A stretch of 61,742 nt of DNA, counting the filler, from Hausera hauseri (lineage: Eukaryota): assembly GCA_046269625.1 (NCBI GenBank). It is 10 parts of 10 records of this genome, joined end to end, with 100 filler letters (N's around TTAATTAATTAA, not from the genome) between each part and the next. Parts side by side here need not be neighbours in the genome. Positions count along the whole stretch, not along the records: positions 6,040 to 13,692 come from JBJURY010003013.1; positions 13,793 to 18,696 come from JBJURY010396812.1; positions 18,797 to 25,495 come from JBJURY010074215.1; 7 more parts are not named here. One strand, written 5' to 3'. The notes beneath the pieces are model-generated. The model did not search any database. It was not told the DNA's origin and worked only from the letters and a program-made list of their open reading frames with translations. This document shows positions 11,652 to 24,914 of the stretch, piece by piece. The stretch's first letter is position 1. Every line of letters begins with the position of its first letter. A program made the translations under genes and the position numbers.

Positions 11652-12334
11652 CCCAGATAGCAAAATATGAGTGAATCAACATTGAAATCTGGTCAGGCAT
11701 GATATTGAATCCATGTTAAAATGATACAAAAAGTGGTCGCTGACTTACTTGTTGAAACAATGTTGGGTTTTCAACCATAACTGATATCAATGTTGCTTCA
11801 GCATCGATTAGACGGCGTTTCAATCATTAGAATTCAACCATGAAACATTGATTCAATAACATCTTTTCAACAGTGGTTATTTGGATAGAATTGGATGATT
11901 GTCTGATGGTTGATTCACCATCAATCATCGACCTTAACCAAAAATCAACTCTTTGACCAGAATCCAACAATGAATTAACATCTTCTGCTCTCTGGGTGGA
12001 CATGAACTCAAACATCAGATTCAGAGTTGAGCTTTCAACATTGCATCATTATTCATGTGTCAACACTTTTTAATTAATCAGCATTGATTGGATGTTGGAA
12101 CAAGGATATTATTCAACTGACATATTTCAGCAAAATGTTTTAGTCATGTTTGTGAAAAACAATGTTGATTAGACATACAACTCAAAACTTGATATTTAAA
12201 AGCTGAGTCCACAGTGAGTTCACACCACCATTTCAACTGTTTGGTCTTCAACATTGTTTTGACGTTGAATGAATGTTCTTCTTTAAACTGACATTATTTC
12301 AACAACATTTAATGTCAGTCATATGCCAGCTGGG
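11652..12334. mobile_element. Possible non-autonomous CCCAG-terminal DNA transposon with internal ttcaac/gttgaa repeats
   Basis: CCCAGATAGCA... and ...TGCCAGCTGGG form imperfect TIRs; no clear TSD. Confidence 0.35.
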
Positions 12335-13358
12335 AACTTTTACAGTTCAAAATCTAATTTACTGAAGACCTGGGTTGGTGCTCCTCACAATCCTCTGATC
12401 AGGCTTCTTAGGCTGCAAGCAGGTGGGGGGGTTAACTCAGCGCAAGCATCTTTATGGTACCAATTACAGACCCAGAAATGGAACTTTTAAAGTAACTCAC
12501 CACAGAATCAGGGAAAACCCAGGAGCCGCAGATCAGTTTTGTGCTCGTAGGTACATTTATTTGAAGGTGAACAGAAATAAGGGTACAGTGAACTTAAAAC
12601 AAAGATTACAGAAAAACTGATATCTATAAAAAAATCAAAGAAATTATAAAATGTCGCTAGGTGAATATAATCACAGCAAATATCCCCCAACAATGCTCAA
12701 TCTAAATCTAAAAATTAAAGTGTTAAAAGAAGAGTAACAAAGATAAATGCATGTCAGGATTATCTGCAGAATAAGGACAGATTAATGAGAGCTAGGACTT
12801 TATATGTCTCTAAGAAAGCTTTTTAGAACAAAGTTCAGTTCAAGAGAAAACATGACCTGTGGGGTCAAGAGGTCATGTTAAAATGACTCATCCTTCATGC
12901 TACACAACATAACACACAATAAATTCATGCCTAAAATAAAGTTTGTTGTCATTTTAGCGTTATTTGCAGCTTACTGCTTTGCTCTGTCTGTCGTTTTCAT
13001 AGACAGAAGAAATTAATCAATCAAAGTCTTTCAGCAGAGTATGTATACCTGGTGCACTGGCTAGGACACAACACACGAGTTAACAAATACAACCATTAGC
13101 AATGTGACAAGAGCAGATTAAAACCCTGCATGTCATTTTCAGCTATTCTGCTTAAACATACATATATGACACTGTAAATTTTTAAATAAGGTCAAAGTTA
13201 CCTAAAGACAACAAATGAGTTGCTGTTGTCTTGATTTCATTGGATTTTCCCTGGGGTCTCACACAAAAAACAATGTTTAAGGTTAAAATATCTCCACAGG
13301 TGTGTCTACAATTACTCCAATGTGGTCAACTAACCCATCAAAGTTTCCAAAGTCATGG

Positions 13359-13388
<30 letters not shown>
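13359..13388 (+). repeat. (CAT)10 microsatellite
   Basis: Read directly from the sequence. Confidence 0.95.
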
Positions 13389-13389
<1 letters not shown>

Positions 13390-13440
13390 TGGACATTCCC
13401 AACTAGTTTAAAAGCAAAATAGTCTTAGATTATTTGAAGT

Positions 13441-13692
13441 GTGTGTGTAGAGAAAAACTGTTTTCTCCTGTGTGGTTTCTCATCAAGGAGTCAAATTAGT
13501 GTTTCTTATGTGGATTCTTGTGTCTTTTAACTGCCCTTTGTGGTAAACCTTGGATCACCCAGCTCACAACAAAATGGTCTCTGTCCTGTGTGGATTCTCA
13601 TGTGTGTGTTTAAATTGCTCTTTGTGGTAAACCTTTGATCACACAGCTCACAACAAAATGGTTTCTGTCCTGTGTGGATTCTCATGTGTGTG
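13441..13692 (-). CDS. 3' end of a tandem C2H2 zinc-finger gene (last fingers degenerate), truncated by the contig end
   Basis: [41 protein letters not shown] with 84-bp periodicity. Confidence 0.85.
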
Positions 13693-14169
13693 NNNNNNNN
13701 NNNNNNNNNNNNNNNNNNNNNNNNNNNNNNNNNNNNTTAATTAATTAANNNNNNNNNNNNNNNNNNNNNNNNNNNNNNNNNNNNNNNNNNNNAGTTTGAT
13801 GAAATTGCGTTCAATAAAGAGAAGTGTGTTAAGAAATGGTAAATCACATCTACGTTATATCTCTTTTACGGGGAGAAAATCAGATAAAATCAATAAATAA
13901 TAATCCGTGTCAAAATAGTTGTAAAAGAAGGAAAAACGGTTCAACAGTATCGCCTTTTCAAAACAATTCTGATAAGAACGACGAGGTAATTGTCATTAAA
14001 TAACGCCACCGAGTGGGCCGGTGTCGAGACCAACAATCAACTGGTAAAGGAAATTCACATGGGGTCTGAAAGAGTTATCCGCAGAACCAGTTCCACCACG
14101 CGAACTGTTGCCGGAACTTTCGTTTGCACTGTTATCGGATCGACAAGTGTCCAGTCCGCCTTCATATAT

Positions 14170-14476
14170 GCTATCCATTTAGGATATGATAATCTTCCAA
14201 TACGTTAATGACGCCTTTCGTTTTCATAGAGAACATATCAGTGCCACTGGACTTTTATAAAAGAGAAAATACGCCAATAAGCTCACCGCTAGTCAATTTC
14301 GGTAAATGCTCCTTCTGATGTTCTGGTGAACCATATTGTAAAATTGTCTGAATACAGAGATTCCGATGTGCCATCAACGGTAGTACCCAGTCTATGAAAT
14401 TAGGATGCTTCGAACTGATGTGGAACGAGAGCTCCAAACAAACTGAATTTTTTAAGGTTTTCAATACAGAAGTCAT
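14170..14476 (-). pseudogene. Degenerate acyl-CoA dehydrogenase (isovaleryl-CoA DH-like) fragment
   Basis: AHRNLCIQTILQYGSPEHQKEHLPKLTSGELIG..., then SGTDMFSMKTK..YHILNG*; compare IVD AHSNLC..GNxxQKxKYLPKLxSGExIG..GSDVVSMK. Confidence 0.7.
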
Positions 14477-14718
14477 AGTTTGTCAAATTGAGACTGTTGA
14501 GCTTGTCATAGATTCCATAGGCAATATTGTGATTTACCAGTGAATCGGGAATTTTCAATAGTTGGGGGTTAAGTAGTCCTTTTGAAAAATCACTGATAAT
14601 ACTGTCGTTTCGAACTTTCCTGAATATATACTTTATTTCATTAAGATTTAGTGGCTTATTTTTTCTAATCCAATCTTTCCAGTCTTTTTACACAAATGGT
14701 CTGAAAATTGATCGTTGT

Positions 14719-17700
14719 TGTACAAAACTTGAGAAAGGAAACCGTAGCCCGCCTATGGACCCGACGCGGTGGCAACGGACGCCCGGCTGTGTCCAACCAA
14801 ATGGTTCAGAGGGCGCCGGCCCCTATGGGCACCACAGTAATCATTGATAATGATGAGGAGAGTTCGAAATACCAGAAACATGTTAAATACATAAATTGTT
14901 GGTTTGACTGTAGATATTGGTACTGGTGCTGATGTACTTTTTGTTGTAGTACTTACTGATATTGACGATGCGGTTATCGAGTTTGAAGTAAACAGTTGTG
15001 ATAAAGGAGAAGAAGTAGATATACTTAACACATTTGTTGACGTAATGGTGGTTGTGGACGTAGTAATAGCGGTGGAATTAGACGTTGACAAAGTATTTTC
15101 TATCTTTAAGATGTAATTGCTATGGATGTAACAGACGAAGATGATGTTGTAGGCGCGGCTTTAGGCCTTGTAGATGGCGCCATTGATGTTAATCCTGATG
15201 GTGGTGGTATAGTTGGCGTCGGTTGTTGCATTGTTGAAGTTCTTGTAAAATTTTCGAGGCGGGGAATCGGACCTAACTATAGGCCCGACGCGGCGACGAC
15301 GAAGGCCCGGCCGTGTACAAATAAATGGGCCAAAGGGCACCGGCCGCAATGGACCCCACACCACTCCCGTGGCAAGGTTAAAACTATAAAGAGTAAAATA
15401 GACAGAAAAAAAATCGCCAAGCAAAAAAGTGTCTCTGTCAGTTGGTCTTAGTGTGAACATGACGTTGGGTGCCTTATACTGATTTCTCCCTGCTATACAT
15501 ACTAAATGTGACTCTGCGTGTTTTTTCAGTATGCGATGTGTTTGCTTGCAGAGTTTAAAGTTAGCGAAAAATCGTCAGATTTTGTTGTGAGTGTTGTGTC
15601 GTGCAAAGACGAGTCAGAATGAAGAAAAAGGAAGATGAAGGAGGAAGAGAGATTGTTGGAAACGGACGGTTGGAGGTATTCAAGAGAGTGTTGGAAGAAA
15701 AAGTATTAACAAAAGGTGTAGTGGCGAATGAAGGAGGAGAGATGACAATTTGGGTAGAAATTGGAATTGTGTTAGGCGAAAGAGTAGAAGTAGAAAATGA
15801 AATAGAGGTCGTGGTAGAGATAGGAAGGGAGATAGGACTAAAAATAAAAGGTGTAGAAAATGATGAAGCAGAACTAGGAGCACAAAGAGGAGGTGAAATA
15901 AGTGTAGCAATAGATATAGGAATATTAGGAAGTGTAGGAGTGAGAAAAGAGGTTGACGTGTCGATTGGAGAAGTGTCGTCGACAAAGAAGGAGGGCATTA
16001 AGTTGGTAATATATACTGTAAGTTCTTTGCCGTCTTTACAGATATTAGCGTTGTGTGAATGCAGCTATACCACTTTATAGGGTCCCAGATACCGCAGCTA
16101 AAAACCGCACAACGTCATACTTTTTAGCCATATGAATTTTGCTGAATACAAGTCTTTGGGTAAATATGTTTTGTCATTGTGAAGTAACCTGCAGAACAAA
16201 TCTTTGCTGACCGCAACGAACTGATTTTGCGCCGCTCGTATCGTCTAATCTGTAGGGGTGTTGTCTAAGGCAGTTAGTTCGAAAAATTATTGTACAGGAG
16301 CTCCGAATAAGGCTTCAGTAGGTGAGCATCGTGTAGAAGCAGACGTAGTGTTCCGCCAGCCATGCAGAACAAACGGAAGAAGATTCGTCCAACTATTGTT
16401 GGACTCTGCCAGAATTCTTAGTGACGTTTTCAATTTTCGGTGGAAAATTTTTAAGAGACCATTCGATTGAAGGTGATAAGGCGTAGTATGTATGTGATAG
16501 ATCTCTAGTCGGTTACCGAGGGTTTTGAACAGGTTGAATTCGAACTGTAGGCCCTGGTTCATGATGATGAAGCGAGGTGATACAAACTTGCTAATCCATG
16601 TAAGAATGAAAACGTCAGCTATAGTGTCGGCGTTTGTGCTCCGCAGAGGGATGGCTTCTGGCCATCGCGAGGAACGGTTTATTATGGTGAGAATGAATTG
16701 ATGGACGTTGTCTGGAAGAAGAGGTCCAACGATGTCGATATGCACGGATTCAAAACGCGATGTGCAGGGGAAGTGGAATAGTGGTGGCTTTAAATGCTTA
16801 GTTGTTTTGTATTTTTGGCAAGCCAGACACTCCTTAACCCATGCCTGCACATCAGAATGCATTGACGGCCAAACTACTTATCGGTGGAGTAAACGAAAAG
16901 TGGCTTTAGTCCCGGGTGGTGTAGCGAATGTACACTATTAAATGCTTGCCTTTGCAACGACGGTACAAGGGTTATTAAGGAATGACCTGGTTTGTAAGTG
17001 ACTAAAGCCACGTTGTCAACGACTGTGCAAGACTTGAAAGAATTAAGCATGTCTTTAGGTGGCTGGTTCTGTTGAAGCTGAGCTTGCCTAAAATTCGGTG
17101 AAAAATTAATCGAACTAACCGACCGAGATAAAAAGCCGGCAAATAAATTATTAACCCCGTTAATGTGTTTTATGTCAAATTTAAATATCGGTAAGTATGA
17201 TATCTGTCGGATTTGGAGTGTGAAAGGACGTTTCATGGCCATGATGTTAAGTAAGGGTTTGTGATCGGTCTGTATGGTAAAATGGTGAGCGATGAGTAAA
17301 TTGGAGAAATGCTTTAAAGCAAGAACGATGGCCAATAATTCTCGATCGAACGTTGAGTTTCTAGTTTCAGGGGATGTTAGCTTACGAGAAAAAATTTTAG
17401 CAATTGGTTTTCTTATTTGTAGATTTAGTGGAGTACAGCACCTACCGCAGTTGTTGAAGCGTCTGTGGTAAGGATGAGTTCAGCATCAGGTTTGAGGAAA
17501 GCGAGAATGTCGACGGACTTAATTCCTTCTCGTAGCTTATCAAACTTATCAACCAGCTTAGATGTCCACTGGATTGGCTGATGTTTTTTGCCACCGCTTA
17601 AGTGTGCAAATGGTGCTGTTAATTCAGAGCAATATGGTACATATTTATGTACAAAGTGTAGTGTACCAAGGAAGCTGCGCATTTCGGTGGTCGTACGTGG

Positions 17701-18696
17701 TAACTGGATATTCTTAAATTTTTCAACTCGGTCTGGTTAAGGAGAATGGTAGTCGGGTGAAATAACGTAGCCTAAAAAGTTGATGCGCTTTTTGAAGAAA
17801 TGACATTTGTCAAAATTGACTTGGAGATTATGGCGGTTAAAGCGTTGGAATATTGCGGAAAGGTGTGCCGCGTGTTGTTTGGCAGAAGAGGAAGCGATCA
17901 CAATATTATAAATGTAAGGGTGCGCAAAAGGAAAATCTGAGAGAATTGAGTCAATATGTCGCTGAAACGTCTGTGCGCCATTTCGCAAACCAAATGGCAT
18001 AAACAAGTACTCATAGAGGCCAAAAGGAGTAGTGACAGCAGTTTTTTCTATGTCTTCGGGTGCTACCGGTATTCGGTTATATGCTTTGGCTAAATCGATG
18101 ATCTAATAAATGGTAGATGAATTAAGGCGATGCAATATATCCTTGATGAGTGGTAAGGGGTACGCATCCTTGATAGTCAAGTTGTTTAACTGCCGTTAAT
18201 CACTGCTTGGTCTAAAATTTCGGTCCTTTTTGTACAAAATGTAGAGGTGACGACCAAGGAGATTTGGAACGGCGTAAAATTCCGGAGCGTTCTAGTTCAA
18301 GAAATTCGGCTTCTAGTGCCTGCCTACGACGAGGTGACAGTGGTCGTACCTTTTGGCGTATTGGTCGTTAATGCTGTGTAATTATGTGATGTACAGTGAT
18401 GTTTGCAGGAGTAAACGAACGATCTTTTTTGAGCATTCGTGGACATGATGTGTTGACGAATTGCTGTAAAGTTGTAGGTAGTTGTGAGAGATTCGGTGAT
18501 GATGGTGAAACATCTTGATTAGTAGCGGATGCCATTTGTGAATTGTTTGCTGATGTAAAGTCAATTGCTATTTGGTGTAAGGTGGTCAAATTGAAAATGG
18601 TGTTTGATGAAGTGATTTCGTCAAGTGAATTGACGTTGGTGACAGTACAAAAATTAACGACATCAAACCTCGATTGAATGTCAATACTATGATTTA
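14719..18696 (-). mobile_element. Decayed Ty3/Gypsy element (CsRn1-like): RT-RNase H-integrase, S/T/P-rich tail and LTR-like ends
   Basis: KTAVTTPFGLYEYLFMPFGLRNGAQTFQRHID, LTTDAS, TDHKPL, VHIDIVGPL, TTPYHLQSNG; purine tract then TGTGGGG at 15360. Same family as 35656-38501. Confidence 0.93.
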
Positions 18697-19189
18697 NNNN
18701 NNNNNNNNNNNNNNNNNNNNNNNNNNNNNNNNNNNNNNNNTTAATTAATTAANNNNNNNNNNNNNNNNNNNNNNNNNNNNNNNNNNNNNNNNNNNNTTTT
18801 TTTCTTCTGCATTTCCCGGCTTTGTCTTTTGCGACACAGGAAATCCGACCGCACCACTGAACTCGCCGTTGTCGAATTAACCAATCAGCATGCGAGACGC
18901 TTGTGATTGGTCAATTGGTGCGTGGGTGGACCCCCCCTCCCCCCTTGGCCCAGAAACGCCTTTTTCCCCCTACTTGTGCGCGTCGATAAATCTTTAGTGC
19001 ACATGTGCTAATCGATAGTGCACACGGAGCCCTATCGATCGATAGAGAGCTAGGCGAGGGTGCCGCTAGGCACCGTTGCTAAGGGCACTTTTGCACATGT
19101 TACAAATCGATTGCTACAGAATGAAGTATTGATCGAATCGATTGGGACAAAGTGTTAATCGATAGTGCACATTGCAGGTGTGCAGCACA

Positions 19190-19865
19190 TGTGCAAGTGT
19201 GCAAAAATGAATAATATCGGATTTCCGATATTCAAAATATTGATGATTAGGGCACGGCACCGGGTGCAATCGAAAGCACACATGATGGACTGTGTGTATG
19301 TGCAGTTAGAATTTAAATAGTTGGGAATTATTCAAAAACCAATCAATATGAGGGAGAACCCGCATAGGCCTTTCCGCTATAAAATAAAAGTCGATAATAT
19401 CGATCCGGGACAAGTACTGGTAGGTAACACACACGGTGCACTGCCGATATGGAAATGCTCAAGGTAGAGGTGCTCTTGGATACGGTTGCCAAGGTACTTT
19501 TTCACTTTTCACATATTTGTCACTGTGCATTGTAGGATTGATGGAATCGATTGGGGTCAAGTGCAGGTAGGTAGGGCACATCGAGAAGAACCTTGATATA
19601 TACTGTGCAGTGCAAAAACACGTGCAAATATGCAAAAATATATAATATCGGTTTCCCAATATTTCTAATATTGATGATTAAGACATGTGGCTAGGTGCAT
19701 TCAAACACAACCATGGTGCAGTATATGAATGTACAGTTAGAATTTAAATTTATTGATTAGTTTTCAAATAATATCGATCCAAAGTGCAACTGAGGGAGAA
19801 CCCGCATAAGATTTTTAGGTCCTAAGGAAGCAAAATTCGTTATTATAATTAGCGGGGACAGATAG
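19190..19865. repeat. Imperfect direct repeat (period ~430-445 bp) in the putative subterminal region
   Basis: gcaaaaat..ataatatcgg..atattgatgatta..gttagaatttaaat..gagggagaacccgcata at ~19200-19370 and ~19630-19810. Confidence 0.75.
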
Positions 19866-20507
19866 GAAATTGACTATGGCGATCTCAAATCTCGAGTCAG
19901 ATATTCGAAATTCAAATATTTTTGACTCGAATATCGAATATCGAAATATTCGAAAAATCTAACAGAGAGAATCGATTCCTCATATATGAAAACCTTCTAA
20001 TATATAAAAATGATTCCATGAAAATGTACTATATAGACATAAAATAAATATTTTGAATTAAGCAAAATGTGCATTTAAAGCCGAGTGAAGCGGAAATCAA
20101 TAAATGCAATAGAGGGACTTGATAGCAAGCCATTTATGCCGAATCGGAATATAGCACCAGGTAATCGAATTCAAGCTCACAAGTCGAATACTTATCTATT
20201 CGAACTCTAAAACTCGGTCAAACATGCATTATTTGAAGAATCTAATGACGTCATGGTCGAAAACCTTAAATTTGGCTCCATCTTCTATTTAATTTAATTG
20301 ATGCATTAAAACAAAAGCGCATTAAAACCAATCAATAAGCGAGGCAGTACATGGTGATATGGCAATATTTTTCATTATTTCCAAAATCACTTCAACGAAT
20401 GGTGAGCTTTTAATTGTGGTCCTCAAATAGTTAGTTGAATTTAGGTGTACAAACTTTACAGCGAATGTTTGGCTTAAATCCACGAGCCGGAAAATTGCCA
20501 CAATGTT

Positions 20508-20969
20508 ATGAAGAAGTACTTTGGCCACATGTACAACAGGGTTCAGTATTATATATGCCTTACACGTGAGGTAATGTGCCAAACCAAATATGAAAACTTT
20601 TACAGTGCCAATAAACAGCACTTGATTTTGTTCACCAAGTCGAAAAAACAAATATTCAGTACCAATATGCCAATAACGACTTTCGTGGCAAAGAAAAATA
20701 GAAGGTGCAGTTTATATGTGTATTGCACATGTGCAATACATAACCCTCAGAATTGCTACAATGCCATGCGGAGCTATTATGGACACAAATTCAATAGAGT
20801 CCTCTATTATATTTCCCCTGGATGTGAGGCTGTATGTGATGGAGAATACACGCAATTTGACAAAGATCATATTGCTTATTTGACAGACTTCAATTCAAGG
20901 CCAAAGAAGGTCATATTTAATGAGCAGCATCCTGCTGTGAGAGCACAGCCAGTGTACAGCTTGCTTTAG
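20508..20969 (+). CDS. Unknown protein with an internal duplication, upstream of pPolB
   Basis: YFGHMYNRVQYYI..CQTKYENF..HLILF..KKQIF versus YYGHKFNRVLYYI..CDGEYTQF..HIAYL..KKVIF. Confidence 0.55.
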   Translation: MKKYFGHMYNRVQYYICLTREVMCQTKYENFYSANKQHLILFTKSKKQIFSTNMPITTFVAKKNRRCSLYVYCTCAIHNPQNCYNAMRSYYGHKFNRVLYYISPGCEAVCDGEYTQFDKDHIAYLTDFNSRPKKVIFNEQHPAVRAQPVYSLL

Positions 20970-21100
20970 CAGCAAGGCCTGATGCAGGACCAAAACGCCT
21001 ATCAGAAGTAGCAGCAGATGTTCCATCAAAAAGCCAAAGAGAGCGGCCAGTTGATGCAGCTGCACTGAAAAGCAAAGTTCGCCGATACTTCATAACAGCA

Positions 21101-24100
21101 TTGGGGCAGACATCGTTCCATGAATTCCTGCAATATTCAAAGAAGGAGGCTGCAGGAATTCTCCAGGACAACTTGTTGGAGCTGAAGGCCCTTAAGATGA
21201 ACTTCAAATTGGAAGCCACCTTCAACAATGTCAAAGGAGAACTGTCTAATAGAGCCTTCAAGACAAAGAACAGGACACTATTGAAATCGTTTAACATTAA
21301 GGATTTCATTACTGAGGACTATGCAAGGCTTATCCGTAAAGCCGAAGAAAGCCAGGACAAGAAGAGTGGTCGGACTTTAGCAACAATAAAGGGGTTACTT
21401 GTGCATGTGCACAAGTATTCTCCCATGAAAGGCAGTTCCTACATACCGCTTCCTCAATGGATAGTTAAGAAAAAGGCATGTGTCAATGTCCATAATAATG
21501 ACAACATGTGTTTCACGAATGTCATTTTATCAAAACTAGTCCAGGATCAACATAGTGCTTCCCGAGTTTGGATATATAACAAAATGCAGTACACATATGA
21601 CTTCAGCTGTATTTCATTCCCGTCGAGCTTACATGAAGTCGTAAAATTTGAAAGCATGAACAACATCTCAATCAACATTTTCGGATTGGAGGAGGACAAA
21701 TTTTATCCATTACAGGTGTGCAGGGAGGAATTGGAGGATCATAGGGATCTACTTCTGCTAGATGATGGAGAAACGAAGCATTTCATGTGGATCAAAGATT
21801 TTGAGTGCCTCGTAGGTTCTTAAATATTCAAGCATAAATCAAGGCTGGAAATATGCAAGAAATGCTTTATCCATTTTAATGGGGACACAGCCGTAGAAAA
21901 GCTGGTGGAGCACAAAACCAACTGTAATACAAATTATTGCATCCGAGCAGAATTCTTAAAGGAGGACTACCTGGAATTCAAGGAGTTTGAGAAGATGCAG
22001 AAGGTGCCGATTGTCGTCTATTGTAATTTTGAGGCCATCCTCAGCGCAGTTCACAGTTGCATCCCTAATCTCTAACATAGCAGCACAACAGCATATCAAT
22101 ATCATGAAATTTCATCATATTGTATGTATGCCAATGGACTGGACAATGAACCATTTCTATTCAGAGGGCCAGACGCAGCAGCACATTTTCAGAAGAGATT
22201 AGAAGACATGGCTCATAGGCTTGAAAACATGCTTCAGCAACATAAAGATACAATGAGCATGTCGAAGCAGCAAGAAGATAAATAGAGCAAGGAAACATAA
22301 TGTTACTTGTGCCACAAGTCCTTTAGCAAGGATAATTATAAAGTCAGGGATCATTGCCATTTTAAGGCAAATATCGAGGTGCCGCATGCAACAACTGCAA
22401 TCTACGTTGCAAAAAATGTATATATGTGCCTATAGTGTTCCACAATCTCAGTGGTTATGATTCCCACTCATTGTACGGGAACTGCGTAATATTGCGGGGA
22501 ACATTGATGTCATTCCAAACAGTGAGGAAAATAATATCACCTTAACTAAGCATGTAGGCCGCATTAGACTTCGATTCATAGAGAGCTTCCGCTTCATTAG
22601 CTCGTCACTAGATAGATTAGTGAAGAACCTCCCTACAGAAGAACTCAAGGAGACGAATCGGTTCTTCCCCACTGCATTTGACCTCGTCGAGAGGAAAGGC
22701 GTGTTTCCCTATGACTATATAATATCATGATAAACACTGGATGAAAAAGCATTACCGGACAAGAAGGACTTTTATAGTCAGTTGTCATATTAGCGATGCT
22801 GACTATGAGCATGCCGAAAGAGTATGGCAAACCTTCCAGTGCAGGACAATAAAGGAATACAGTGGTATCTATCTCCTCACAGATGTGTTTCTGCTTACAG
22901 ATGTCTTCGAAAGCTTCCCGGATGTGACCCTTAAGAGCCACAAGTTAGATCTAGCCCATTTCTTTACAGCTGCAGGAATGAGCTGGGGGGGGGGCGATGC
23001 TGCGCTATACCGGCATAAGGCTCCAGTTATTGAAGGATTACAATATGTTCCTCATGGTTGAGAGAGGTATCAGGGGTGGAATCGGCCAGGCCATTCACAG
23101 GTACAGTGAGGCCAACAACAAATACATGGTAGATTATGATCCATCAAAGGAGCCTTCATATATATCATATCTGGTTGCCAACAACCTGTATGGATAGGCA
23201 ATGAGCAAACCATTGCTGTATGATATCTTCAAATGGGTCAAGAATCCTGAAGACATCTCAATATTGGACCTAGATCCCACTAGAGATACGGGTTATATAC
23301 TGTAGGTGGATGTGGAATACTAACATAGCATCCACACAAGGCATGAACAGCTGCCATTTCTGCCGGGGAGCAAGAGGCCGCCGAATGGTGAGCATAAGAA
23401 GCTGCTCTGCCATCTCGGAAACAGGGAGAGGTATGTAGACCACTATATAAATCTCCAACAGGCCATCCAAAATAGACTCCGAGTCATCAGGACTCATTGA
23501 GCCTTGCAGTTCAGGCAGTCCAAATGGCTGAATTTATACATAGACCTCAATACCCAGTTGAGGGCCAATGCCAAGAACGAGTTTGCAAATGACCATTTCA
23601 AACTTTACAACAACTCTGTCTTTGGCAAAACTATGGAGAACATCCGGAACCGGATAAACATTGAGCTGGTATGTGACTGGAAGAGAGCACAGAAACTCAT
23701 CGCCAAGCCCAACTTCTACAGCAGCACAATCTACACAGAGAACCTGGAGACCATCCATATACTCAATACATCACTTGAGTTCAACAGGCCTATATATGTG
23801 GGCATGTCCATATTGGATCTATCCAAGACCTTTATGTATGACTTTCATTACAACATCATGGTCCCCACATTCAAGGAGCTGCAGCTAATATACGTGAACA
23901 CGGACAGTTTCATATACCAGATCCAGACAAATGATGTCCTTGAAAAGTATACAAAATTGGCGCAGTATATGGATACCTCAGACTATCCGAAGGATCATCC
24001 AAATTATTCAATTACCAAGAAAAGGTCCTCGGGAAGTTTAAAGACGAGGTGAATGAGAAGATTATCACCCGTTTCGTGGCGTTGAGATCAAAAATGTACG

Positions 24101-24366
24101 CCATCGATGTAAGTAGTCAGGTAAAGAAGCGTGCCAAGGAAGTTCAAAGGGCTACGTTAGCTAAAGACATTGGCTTTGGAGATTTTGAGAGAGTGTTGCG
24201 GGAGCAAAGTCACATAGTCAGCGAGATGAAAAGGATCCAGTCCCGAGAACATCAAATTGCCACAGTTTCGCTGCGGAAAAAAATTCTCGATTGGTTCGAT
24301 GATAAAAGGCACATTCTTGAAGACGGAATTCAGACACTACCTCATGGACATGTGGCATTATTGTAA
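21101..24366 (+). pseudogene. Protein-primed family-B DNA polymerase (Polinton-type) with embedded endonuclease VII-like Zn motif; many stops and frameshifts
   Basis: GSSYIPLP, RDHCH..YRG..CNNCNL, FHNLSGYDSH, RKGVFPY, GIRGG, YLVANNLYG, FKLYNNSVFGKTMEN, YVNTDS, DDKR. Confidence 0.93.
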
Positions 24367-24574
24367 CTATGTAAATATTGTTATTCTTTGTTCAATAAAT
24401 GTTGTATAGAAATATCGCGTTGTTTCCTTGATTAAGTGATGTGGGATAAGGCCAAGTAAAACTAAGTAACTGTTATAGGTTAATACCAAGTAAAACTTAG
24501 ATCAAAAAAATCAATAAATTTGAATAATCAATACAGAGCGTCATTTACTTGCATTAATCTTGCATTATTTCAAA

Positions 24575-24754
24575 ATGTTGAAAACTTGTCCGATTTGCTG
24601 GGAGCAGATGTCGGATAAAACAATGAGATTGGCGACATGTGACACACATAATTTCTGTATAGGCTGCCTGCAAAATTGTCTAAGCAGTAAAATGTCTTGT
24701 CCGCTATGCACAATAAAGTGTGAGTATGTGGTAGTCCAGGATGCTGAAGACTAG
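24575..24754 (+). CDS. Small RING-finger protein
   Basis: CPIC-x12-CDTHNFCIGC-x10-CPLC. Confidence 0.75.
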   Translation: MLKTCPICWEQMSDKTMRLATCDTHNFCIGCLQNCLSSKMSCPLCTIKCEYVVVQDAED

Positions 24755-24914
24755 TGCCTGTATGTAACATGGGTAGGGTGCCTGATATAAACCCTACATG
24801 AATTTTTACCTGACAGTGACAGTGATGATACTATTATTGTGTGATTGTTGTTGTCAATACATGTTGTTTTCAATATACTTAGTCTTATAAAACCAACTAA
24901 TTTTCATAACACAT

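Noticed and set aside
15561-16080. Three overlapping ORFs (S/P/T-rich, E/G/V-rich, L/F-rich) as genes or an env
   Set aside because: Strand-biased low-complexity tail of the Gypsy element; no signal peptide, Cys pattern or conserved domain.
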